Below are positions 9,930 through 17,982 of a stretch of 64,000 bases of DNA, one piece after another (positions within the stretch are counted from its first letter, which is position 1; the number at the start of each line of letters is the position of its first letter). Under the pieces are notes generated by a model. The model saw only the letters and a program-made list of their open reading frames with translations. It was not told the origin of the DNA and ran no database searches. The DNA lies in the NCBI GenBank assembly GCA_964497515.1, contig CAZCCV010000002.1, positions 62,252 through 126,251 of the forward strand, read 5' to 3'. The DNA comes from an uncultured bacterium. Its GTDB lineage: Bacteria > Armatimonadota > UBA5829 > DTLH01. Made by a program: the position numbers and the translations under genes.

Positions 9930-10152
9930 TTTCATCTGATGCAATAGCTTCCTATTGCTCAGCAGCACACATTTAATGGGAAAAACCGGAACCAGGGGAA
10001 CATTCTCGAACGCTGTGCTGTCAGAAATAAGGAAGACACCGCAACGGATTGCCTCAAATGTGTAAGAAGCCGCGCACTGCAAGAACCGCTTGCGCGCTCA
10101 CTTCTTGACAAATATGTCCTTCACTGGAAAGTATAGGGGTGAATATCTTAAA

Positions 10153-10216
10153 TTCACTCGTCTTTCCAAAATCGTGCTAGAATATACTTGACAACCAGTC
10201 ACTAGGGTGTTAGTCT
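10153..10216 (+). promoter_or_regulatory. Candidate promoters upstream of a ~480-nt leader (extended -10 TGCTAGAAT at 10175..10183; TTGACA 10188..10193 -17- TAGTCT)
   Basis: Read directly from the sequence. No other gene lies between aroE and the PEP-CTERM gene, so transcription from here would make a long structured 5' leader. Confidence 0.3.
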
Positions 10217-10708
10217 GCATAAGGAAGAATGTACCGAGTGCATTGTAGAGAGATCCTCTCGGGACTTCGGAGGTTACCTGGCGCAGTAAGCGCAGGAACT
10301 CCGCTCAGATCTTTGTTAGTTAATTGTGGGTGGCCGGCTCACAGCAGAAAGTGCGGCGCCAGGGAGTGCCGCAGTCCGGAGGAGATTTCGAGCTACACCG
10401 AGTCTTTCGGGCAATCGGGACATTTTTATTCCAGACTACACCTGACCTTCCTAGAACAGGGAGGTGGGGCGCACCGGCGACAAGGCCGGGCGAATGGCCA
10501 GCGGTATTGATGCTTTTCTACCGCAGCAATTGTCTAGAAACCCAACGAAGGGTGCACTACCGGCACGGAAGCCACCAGTTGCGATTAGTGCAGATTGAAA
10601 GCTATTCGTAGTGGGTAATCAGAAAAAGAATAAGTGCTGCTGATAAGATGAAGCACGAGCGGCCGCTAGAGCCGACATTTGCCACAATTCATACAGGAGG
10701 AGAATAGG

Positions 10709-11392
10709 ATGAAAAAGATTCTGGCAGTAGCAATTATGCTGCTGTGCTGCGCTGTGATGGCATCCGCCGACGCGCACAACTGGGTTATCAGCGTAACGGG
10801 TTCAGGCCCATTTGACACGGGTGTAGGTTCGGTTGCTCGAATTGGTACACTCAGCGGTTGGACAGATGGCGTCGATCCCGGCGAGACCTCACTCCCATCC
10901 GCACCACCACTTGGACAGACTTGGGCCTATGCAAGTGCTGTATTCATGGATACTGGTGCACAGACCCTTACCGACTATCGAGCTCCATTCTATCAGGCTG
11001 AAGATCCGATGGCGTCCAAGCTGTGGATGCTCAAGGGCTACTTCATTGCTGCAGATTCCGGCCCACTGCCGATTGTCAAGCTCACCTTCAAACCGACCGC
11101 TGATCTTGAGATCGATTGGGACTATGTAAGCATAGTCATTAGCTGGGCCGAGGGTGCTCTCGACTGGCAGACCGGTCAGTATGTTGCTGGTCAGATGGTC
11201 TTCGACAAGGATAACCCTCTTACCGATGACGGCTGGGCACTGTTCCTGCCGGGCAGAAGTGCTGGCAGAGCTCCGTTGGTATACGTAGAGGCAATCCCTC
11301 AGGCTGTTCCGATCCCTGAGCCAGGAAGCATTCTGGCGCTTGGAACCGGTCTTGTCGGAGTTGTCGGATACGCCGTCCGCCGCAAGCGGTAG
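10709..11392 (+). CDS. PEP-CTERM sorting-domain secreted protein
   Basis: AGGAGGAG RBS then ATG. Signal peptide MKKILAVAIMLLCCAVMASA. C-terminus PIPEPGSILALGTGLVGVVGYAVRRKR is the PEP motif plus TM helix plus basic tail that defines the exosortase/PEP-CTERM sorting signal. Confidence 0.85.
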   Translation: MKKILAVAIMLLCCAVMASADAHNWVISVTGSGPFDTGVGSVARIGTLSGWTDGVDPGETSLPSAPPLGQTWAYASAVFMDTGAQTLTDYRAPFYQAEDPMASKLWMLKGYFIAADSGPLPIVKLTFKPTADLEIDWDYVSIVISWAEGALDWQTGQYVAGQMVFDKDNPLTDDGWALFLPGRSAGRAPLVYVEAIPQAVPIPEPGSILALGTGLVGVVGYAVRRKR

Positions 11393-11408
11393 ATTATTGG
11401 CTGCAAAA

Positions 11409-11442
11409 CCCAAGACTGTTATGGAACAGTCTTGGGTTCTTT
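11409..11442 (+). terminator. Rho-independent terminator after the PEP-CTERM gene
   Basis: CCCAAGACTG-ttatggaa-CAGTCTTGGG, a perfect 10-bp stem, followed by TTCTTT. Confidence 0.6.
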
Positions 11443-11550
11443 GACAGTCATATAATTGAAGATAAATGCAATCAGCATTACCCAGCCATTGCTTATCTTT
11501 GGTTGGGTAATGTTGTAATTTCTGGTCAGTTGAAATCAATAGCTAAGCGA

Positions 11551-11580
11551 TTGCGAGACGATGAGTAGTTCTGGTATACT
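11551..11580 (+). promoter_or_regulatory. Putative promoter of the pilB-pilT-pilC-pilD operon (TTGCGA-18-TATACT, TG-extended)
   Basis: TTGCGA at 11551..11556 and TGGTATACT with TATACT at 11575..11580, about 135 nt upstream of the pilB ATG. Confidence 0.35.
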
Positions 11581-11715
11581 GGATTGTAAGTCTGGTCACT
11601 GATAAGTCTAGATACAAGAATACTGCTGTGAGTGTCGACGGATACTTCGAGCAGAGACCACTAAATCGTGTCAAAGGCTGACCAGGACACACCAGTCCGG
11701 GAGAGGTGTTCAAGT

Positions 11716-13485
11716 ATGGGGATAGCGAGAAAGGACCTGGGTGAGGTTCTCGTAGGAAAAGGAATTATATCTGCGGAGGACCTGTCTCAGGCGCGGGAAA
11801 CCCAGCGAAGCGCACCAGGTGACATAGGTCGCATTATTGTCGATCTCGGATTTGCTGAGGATCGCGATGTGACCAAAGCCAGGGCAGAGGTTATGGGTCT
11901 CCAATTCGTTGATCTCAGCACACAGCGCATCGATGAATCGGCCGCCAAATCATTGCCAGAACGGATTGCTAAGCAGCATAAGCTGCTGCCTATTGCCAAA
12001 AACGGCGGCAAGCTCACTGTGGCAATTGCCGACGCCAGCAACCCAATGGCGCTCCAGGATGTAAGACTCTCCACCGGCGCACAGCAAATCCAGTGCGTGC
12101 TATCAACAGAAGATGATATAGACGATGCCATTCGTCGTATATACCAGTCGTCCAGTGGCGGTGACGGCGCGGTAGTCCCTGTGGAACCAGGTATGGCTCC
12201 TGCAGGAGGAGCGGCACCCGTTGGCATATCTTCTATCAGTGAAGCTATTGCCACATACGGTGCTCGTGAAGAGGCTCCGGAAGACGAAGAAGGTATGCGC
12301 AAGGAAGCTGAAGAAGCTCCGATTATCCGTATCGCACACACGATTATTCAGCAGGCAATCCGTGACGCGGCATCTGATATCCACGTCGAACCAGACAAAA
12401 GAGGGGTTCGTGTCCGTAACAGAATCGACGGCGTTCTTCACGAGATTATGCCGCTTCCTAAATACATTCAGGCACCGCTCATATCCCGTCTCAAAATTAT
12501 GGCCGAAATGAACATTGCAGAGCGTAGAATTCCGCAGGACGGACGTATTCCGATCCGTTGGGACAACAAAGACTACGACCTTCGTGTATCCTGTCTGCCT
12601 ACAATCCATGGCGAAAAGATCGTTATGAGAATCCTCGACAAAGGAAACGTTCTCCTCGGTCTAAACAAGCTGGGGTTTACGGCAGAAAATCAGGCTCAGA
12701 TTGAGGAGCTAACCTCCCAGCCGAACGGAATGTTTCTGTCTACCGGACCAACTGGTAGCGGAAAAACGACTACTCAGTATTCTATCCTGCACAAGATCAA
12801 CACTGTAGATAAGAACATCATCACAATCGAAGACCCGGTAGAGTATCAGCTTTCTGGAATATCGCAGGTTCACGTCAATCGTAAGGCCGGTCTTACGTTT
12901 GCAAGCGCTCTGAGATCCTTCCTACGACAGGACCCGGACATCATTATGGTTGGTGAAATGCGAGACCTTGAGACGGCTGAAATCGCTGTTGAAGCATCAC
13001 TCACCGGACACCTTGTTCTGTCTACCCTGCACACCAACGACGCACCATCTTGTGTAATTCGACTTGTCGATATGGGGGTTGAGCCGTTCCTCATTTCCGC
13101 GACGGTTATTGGAGTCCTTGCTCAGAGGCTTGCCAGAAGGGTGTGCTCAAACTGCAAGCAGGCTTATCAGGTTCCAGCATCAGATCTCAGAAGATTTGGC
13201 TTCAAACCAGAGTCTCCTGAGCAGATGGTTACGCTTCATAGGGGTACTGGCTGTGATGTGTGCAGACAGACCGGATACAAAGGCAGAGTTGGTATCTACG
13301 AGCTTATGAGAATGAACGACGAGATTGCCGAACTGGTAGTCCGACGTGCTCCACTGGCCGACGTTAGAGAGGCCGCCAAAGCACACGGTATGGCCGAGCT
13401 TCGAGAAGACGGTCTTATGAAAGTTCTTGAAGGTATGACGACCCCGGATGAAGTTATGAGAGTAGTCTTCACCGCGGGACACTAA
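11716..13485 (+). CDS. pilB: Type IV pilus assembly ATPase PilB (GspE family)
   Basis: N-terminal T2SE_Nter/MshEN-like region; Walker A GPTGSGKTT; Asp box; His box; tetracysteine zinc motif CSNC...CDVC; GspE signature region (RIPIRWDNKDYDLRVS). The track ORF starts at 11668; ATG 11716 (MGIARKD) is the better-placed start. Confidence 0.9.
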   Translation: MGIARKDLGEVLVGKGIISAEDLSQARETQRSAPGDIGRIIVDLGFAEDRDVTKARAEVMGLQFVDLSTQRIDESAAKSLPERIAKQHKLLPIAKNGGKLTVAIADASNPMALQDVRLSTGAQQIQCVLSTEDDIDDAIRRIYQSSSGGDGAVVPVEPGMAPAGGAAPVGISSISEAIATYGAREEAPEDEEGMRKEAEEAPIIRIAHTIIQQAIRDAASDIHVEPDKRGVRVRNRIDGVLHEIMPLPKYIQAPLISRLKIMAEMNIAERRIPQDGRIPIRWDNKDYDLRVSCLPTIHGEKIVMRILDKGNVLLGLNKLGFTAENQAQIEELTSQPNGMFLSTGPTGSGKTTTQYSILHKINTVDKNIITIEDPVEYQLSGISQVHVNRKAGLTFASALRSFLRQDPDIIMVGEMRDLETAEIAVEASLTGHLVLSTLHTNDAPSCVIRLVDMGVEPFLISATVIGVLAQRLARRVCSNCKQAYQVPASDLRRFGFKPESPEQMVTLHRGTGCDVCRQTGYKGRVGIYELMRMNDEIAELVVRRAPLADVREAAKAHGMAELREDGLMKVLEGMTTPDEVMRVVFTAGH

Positions 13486-13498
13486 GGGAGAAGTTGCA

Positions 13499-14692
13499 TT
13501 GGATCAGACGAACTATCAGCCGTCGCAGCAGATGCCGCAGCAGCCGGCTGCACAGATGACTCAGCCCAAGCAGGTCACTAAACCGCTGGAGATCGAAGAT
13601 GCACACGTCGACGATTTTCTAAGGATCGTTGTCGAGAAGGGTGCATCCGACTTGCATATCTGCGTTGGCGTTCCACCGATTATCAGGGTGGATGGTCAGT
13701 TGTTCCCTTTGAACTATGAGAAACTGACCCCCATCATCTCTCAGAGAATGATGTACGATATTCTTTCCGACGAACAGATTCAGCGGTTCGAATCCCAATA
13801 TGAGCTGGACTGCTCCTATTCTCTAGGCAAAATCGCGCGGTTTCGTGTAAACGTATATAAAGACAAGGGAACAGTTGCCGGTGCCTTCAGGTTGATTCCT
13901 ACGAAGATACCTACGATCCGCGATTTGAACCTGCCGCCTGTGCTCGAGGAACTCACCAGGCGACCAAGAGGAATTATTATTGTTACCGGACCTACGGGAA
14001 GCGGAAAATCCACTTCGCTTGCCGCTATGATCAATCAGATCAACAATGAGCGCAGTTTGCACATAATTACGATTGAAGATCCGGTAGAGTATCTGCATCA
14101 GCACAAGTATTGTGTCATCAACCAGCGCGAGGTCGGGCAGGACACACACGAGTTTGCAAATGCGCTCCGTGCTGCACTTCGAGAAGACCCGGATGTTATC
14201 TTGGTCGGTGAGATGAGAGACCTGGAGACGATGTCAAACGCGATTCGCGCTGCTGAGACCGGCCACCTTGTTTTTGCTACGCTGCACACCAACAGCGCGG
14301 CCTCGACAGTCGACCGAATAGTTGACTCATTCCCTGCAAACCAGCAGGATCAAATTCGATTGATGCTCTCTAACAGTCTGGAAGCAGTTCTCTGCCAGCA
14401 GCTCATACCGAGAGCAGGGATGCCAGGCAGAATCTGTGCTATGGAGGTCATGATTGCTACTCCGGCTATACGGAACCTGATACGTGAGGCCAAGAGCCAT
14501 CAGATCACATCTATCATACAGACGGGTGCAAACGTTGGCATGCAGACCATGGATCAGCACCTGAGAGACCTATATCAAAGAGGGGTCATCACATACGACG
14601 ATGCTATGACCAGAGCGATGAACCCTGAGGAACTGAAGAAGATGATTTCGGCGCCATCTGATCAGGCGTCTTCGCCACGAGGTGGCAGATAG
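13499..14692 (+). CDS. pilT: Type IV pilus retraction ATPase PilT (with about 28-aa Gln/Pro-rich N-terminal extension)
   Basis: ASDLHI...PPIIRVDG, Walker A GPTGSGKST, ITIEDPVEY, and the PilT signature AIRNLIRE followed by GMQTMDQ. TTG start at 13499 with GGGAG RBS; an internal ATG at 13532 is an alternative. Confidence 0.9.
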   Translation: MDQTNYQPSQQMPQQPAAQMTQPKQVTKPLEIEDAHVDDFLRIVVEKGASDLHICVGVPPIIRVDGQLFPLNYEKLTPIISQRMMYDILSDEQIQRFESQYELDCSYSLGKIARFRVNVYKDKGTVAGAFRLIPTKIPTIRDLNLPPVLEELTRRPRGIIIVTGPTGSGKSTSLAAMINQINNERSLHIITIEDPVEYLHQHKYCVINQREVGQDTHEFANALRAALREDPDVILVGEMRDLETMSNAIRAAETGHLVFATLHTNSAASTVDRIVDSFPANQQDQIRLMLSNSLEAVLCQQLIPRAGMPGRICAMEVMIATPAIRNLIREAKSHQITSIIQTGANVGMQTMDQHLRDLYQRGVITYDDAMTRAMNPEELKKMISAPSDQASSPRGGR

Positions 14693-14805
14693 AACTGGCG
14701 ACATAGAGATTTCGTATTGGGGACTGCAGTGCACAGACCACAAGCTATACTTTTAGCAAGATAATAGTGCCATGCATCCGAAATCTCTATAGGAGGTGAA
14801 GGCAA

Positions 14806-16032
14806 ATGCCTAGTTTCCAGTATACAGTACGTGATGTAAACGGAACAATGATTCCTGGAACGGTAGAAGCGGACAGCGAAGACTTACTTCGTAGACGTTT
14901 ATCCGAGCAAGGATTCGAAGTTGTCGAAATCAAGGAGACAAAGACCGGCAAAAAGAAATCTCCTGGAACGGGGTTCGGAAGAGTAAAACTGAACGATCTC
15001 GCGGTGTTCTGTCGACAGTTCTCCACTATGATCGATGCCGGAGTCTCGCTTGTACGGTGTCTGGCCGTTCTTGCAGAACAGACGGTTTCTGCGAAGCTGA
15101 AAAGGATCATTTACGATCTACAGGCCGAAGTCGAGGCTGGGCAGACGCTCTCGAGAGCACTCGGAAAGTATCCGAATGTGTTCTCTAACTTGTTTGTCGG
15201 TCTCGTAAGAGCAGGTGAGGTTGGTGGTGTTCTTGAAGAAAGCTTGCAACGTTTAGCAGGATTCCTCGAGAAAGACCAGGAACTCAGGCGAAAAGTCCGA
15301 TCAGCTATGACATATCCAGTCATAGTCATGTTCGTGGCTTTGGGCATAGTTATATTCCTGGTTACCTTCATCCTTCCGAGTTTTATGACTTTGTTCGATG
15401 ACCTTGGTGTAAAGGAGTTCCCTGCTCCTACCGCGCTTCTCATGGCATTTAGCAACTTTTTGACCAGCAAATGGTACATTATGCTGATTGGACTGGTCAT
15501 CTTCGTAGTGGCATCGCGCGCGTTCTTGTCTACAAAAGTCGGTAAACGTTTGTTTGATAGGTTCAAACTGAAGGTTCCGGTTTTCGGAAACCTGAACCAC
15601 AAAATCGTTCTTGCCAGATTTTCAAGAACGCTCGGCACACTGCTTGCATCGGGTGTCCCTATTTTGCAGGCGTTGGAGACTGTCGCAGGGACTGTCTCCA
15701 ACGAGATTGTGAGTGATGCGATTTTGGAGGCTAGAGCTAGGATTAGAGAAGGAGACCGTATTGGAGATCCCCTTCAAAAGAGCAAATTGTTCCCGCCAAT
15801 GGTTGTTCAGATGATCTCGATTGGCGAGGAATCTGGAGCTCTCGACCCGATGCTTGCCAAAGTTGCAGACTTCTATGAATCTGAGGTTGATGCTACACTC
15901 GCGTCCCTTACGTCTGCTATTGAGCCTATTATGATCGTATTCTTGGGTGGTGCGGTTGGATTCATCGTTATTTCGATCTTCCTGCCGTTGATCTCTGTTA
16001 TCACGAGTTTGACTGGTGCTGGAGGCGAGTAG
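14806..16032 (+). CDS. pilC: Type IV pilus inner-membrane platform protein PilC (GspF family)
   Basis: Two GspF repeats, each with conserved cytoplasmic helices and TM segments (e.g., LSRALGKYPNVFSNLFVGLVRAGEVGG and the repeat EIVSDAILEARARIREG...MISIGEESG). AGGAGG RBS. Confidence 0.9.
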   Translation: MPSFQYTVRDVNGTMIPGTVEADSEDLLRRRLSEQGFEVVEIKETKTGKKKSPGTGFGRVKLNDLAVFCRQFSTMIDAGVSLVRCLAVLAEQTVSAKLKRIIYDLQAEVEAGQTLSRALGKYPNVFSNLFVGLVRAGEVGGVLEESLQRLAGFLEKDQELRRKVRSAMTYPVIVMFVALGIVIFLVTFILPSFMTLFDDLGVKEFPAPTALLMAFSNFLTSKWYIMLIGLVIFVVASRAFLSTKVGKRLFDRFKLKVPVFGNLNHKIVLARFSRTLGTLLASGVPILQALETVAGTVSNEIVSDAILEARARIREGDRIGDPLQKSKLFPPMVVQMISIGEESGALDPMLAKVADFYESEVDATLASLTSAIEPIMIVFLGGAVGFIVISIFLPLISVITSLTGAGGE

Positions 16033-16906
16033 CCTGATACCGTTTTGGCTAGGAGCCTTGATAGTTTTTGTCTACGGCACCGCGATTGGCAGCTTTTTGA
16101 ATGTTGTCATTTACCGGATGCCGCTAGACTTATCTATTGTGCGACCACCTTCTCATTGCCCGAAGTGCAATACACGGCTTCGGGCAATTGACCTTATTCC
16201 ACTGCTGAGCTTTCTGGTGCTCGGCAGGAAGTGTCGCTACTGTGGCGAGCCCATAGGATGGCGGTACTTTGGCGTCGAACTGTTGACCGGGCTTGCACTG
16301 CTGGCACTGTATGCCAAGTTCGGATTTGAGATTAATTTCTTTGTGTTTGCACTGTTTACATCGGCGCTTATTGCTGTTGTGTTTATTGATCTCGACCATT
16401 GGATTATTCCGGATCAGATCAACCTGTTCGGGGTGATTCTGGGTGTCGGGAGAGATATTCTTGGGTTTCTGTTGCACGAGGAGGGTCACGTTTTTCTCAG
16501 GATTCCTATCCCTGCAACGGAGATCAGTGTTCCGATGCTGTGGTCCGTCGTTGGGCTTCTCATCTGCGGTGGGATTTTCTATTTTATCGCGGTTGTTGGG
16601 GGGCTGGTCTTCAAGAAAGACGCGATGGGCGGCGGCGATATTAAGCTGGCGGCGGCGATTGGCGCGGTTATGTGTGGGTCGATCACTTCGTGGTTTGGGC
16701 TGGGACTTGCGCTGCTGTCGTTCTTCCTTGCTGTTTTTGTCGGCTCGATAATAGGTATCGGTATGAAAATAGCAGGGGCGAGTTCGGGGAAAGAGAATTA
16801 TCTTCCGTTTGGGCCGATGATGGTGATCGGTGTTTTCGCAACGTGGTTTGTTGGGCAACCGATGATCAAGTGGTATCTTGGATTTCTGCAGCGCGGAGGG
16901 ATGTAA
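16016..16906 (+). CDS. pilD: Prepilin peptidase (A24 family, PilD)
   Basis: GSFLNVVIYRMP; zinc-finger CPKCNTRL...CRYCGEPI; catalytic Asp regions (VFIDLDHWIIPD; GGGDIKLAAAIG). GTG start overlaps the pilC end. Confidence 0.9.
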   Translation: MLEASSLIPFWLGALIVFVYGTAIGSFLNVVIYRMPLDLSIVRPPSHCPKCNTRLRAIDLIPLLSFLVLGRKCRYCGEPIGWRYFGVELLTGLALLALYAKFGFEINFFVFALFTSALIAVVFIDLDHWIIPDQINLFGVILGVGRDILGFLLHEEGHVFLRIPIPATEISVPMLWSVVGLLICGGIFYFIAVVGGLVFKKDAMGGGDIKLAAAIGAVMCGSITSWFGLGLALLSFFLAVFVGSIIGIGMKIAGASSGKENYLPFGPMMVIGVFATWFVGQPMIKWYLGFLQRGGM

Positions 16907-17044
16907 GCAAACACACGCTTGCCCGCTTTTCAGGAACTATCTGAGCCCAAACTGAGTCGTATACCTAGAGGGGCCCTAAGGCATGGTGTTTTCCGTTCTG
17001 CCCGCTTATACGCCGGGCTGGATCGGATTAGCAATGCCTGCCAG

Positions 17045-17074
17045 CAAGGGCAGGGTTTTGAGTTTTATGGATGC
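17045..17074 (+). terminator. Rho-independent terminator after pilD
   Basis: CCTGCC-agcaag-GGCAGG followed by GTTTTGAGTTTT. It separates the ATPase/platform operon from the pilin operon. Confidence 0.5.
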
Positions 17075-17120
17075 TTTGGCTGTGTGAAGTGCCAAAGCAA
17101 AGGAATTTGGAGGGAAGAAT

Positions 17121-17888
17121 ATGAAGACGGTGCGCGGCAAGCACGGATTCAGCCTTATTGAGCTTCTCACTGTAATTGCTATCATCGCCATTCTTGCGGC
17201 GATCATCTTCCCGGTTATGTCGAGCGTCAAAGCAGAAGCCAGGAAGACCAAATGTATGACGCAGCTTCAGCAGATCGCTTCTGCTATGAAGATGTTTCAG
17301 ACGGATAACCGCAAATACCCGGAGTCGCTGGGAGGCTTTGTTCAGTACGACGGCGAGGGAATTGTCCCGATGGAGCGCTCGCGTGGAGACGCGCTCTATC
17401 CGCAGTATGTGAAGAGCGTTAGCGTATTCCATTGCCCGGATTCTCCGGTTACCAACACCAATTCGGTAGTGAGAATCAGTGTTGGCGGTCAGAACTTCGA
17501 TTATTATGCATACGACAGCTACGATGTCTTTGTGCCGAATCCTGTAGAGCCAGGTGCGGTAGTGCCGGCTGGCATTCCGGATATTAGATACACCACGCAG
17601 TGGGCGGATAGTGTTGCGAGTGTTAGCCTGCTGCCTCCGAGCGCAGGTAAGTCAGATGGTGACGGACTGCGGCGGTACGACTTCAAACGTCAGCTCCATT
17701 TCCGCAACCCGTCGGATGATACTGTGGTTACGTGGTGCAGCTATCACGCTAAACAGGGTGACACCAAATCGATGGTGTTGGTGCTGTTCCTGGATGGACA
17801 TGTAGACAAGATTCCCGCTGTGCAGGTGCAGGGTGATCCTTCAACTGGCGCCGTTGGAAGCAGGCAGAGGACTTCTCCGAAGCTGTAG
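17121..17888 (+). CDS. Type IV pilin-like protein with prepilin N-terminal methylation motif and C-terminal H-X9-DG tail (DUF1559-type)
   Basis: Class III signal KHG|FSLIELLTVIAIIAILAAIIFPV with Glu at +5. C-terminal ...AKQGDTKSMVLVLFLDGHVDKIP matches the H-X9-DG tail of the large prepilin family of Planctomycetota/Verrucomicrobiota/Armatimonadota. Confidence 0.8.
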   Translation: MKTVRGKHGFSLIELLTVIAIIAILAAIIFPVMSSVKAEARKTKCMTQLQQIASAMKMFQTDNRKYPESLGGFVQYDGEGIVPMERSRGDALYPQYVKSVSVFHCPDSPVTNTNSVVRISVGGQNFDYYAYDSYDVFVPNPVEPGAVVPAGIPDIRYTTQWADSVASVSLLPPSAGKSDGDGLRRYDFKRQLHFRNPSDDTVVTWCSYHAKQGDTKSMVLVLFLDGHVDKIPAVQVQGDPSTGAVGSRQRTSPKL

Positions 17889-17982
17889 TGGCATTTTGAC
17901 TGGTGGTTCTGGGTAACCGCCAAGCCACGTTCAGGCATTGTGGCGGTTGCCCTGACGGTCACCTTTGATGGCGGAGGCGGCT

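Noticed and set aside
10229-10611. Two overlapping small ORFs (93 and 95 aa) in the aroE / PEP-CTERM intergenic region
   Set aside because: No Shine-Dalgarno, Arg/Gly/Pro-rich composition typical of GC-rich non-coding frames, and they overlap each other. Treated as part of a structured leader/ncRNA candidate instead.
10229-10660. Possibility that the structured intergenic RNA is RNase P RNA, tmRNA or SRP RNA
   Set aside because: I checked by eye for conserved blocks: RNase P GGAAAGTCCGGGC / ACAGAAnCCGGCTTA; tmRNA 3' GGGGGTTCGATTCCCCC...CCA and an ALAA tag ORF; SRP GGTGCTGTTTACCAGGTCAGGTCCGGAAGG. None is present on either strand.
12103-12609. Antisense ORFs inside pilB (168 aa), pilC (15111..15701, 196 aa), pilD (16130..16858, 242 aa), the 751-aa membrane protein (5633..6343, 236 aa) and E2 (50334..50807, 157 aa)
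   Set aside because: All lie fully within well-supported genes on the opposite strand, have no start context and have low-complexity Arg/Ser/Pro/Lys-rich translations. Typical shadow ORFs.
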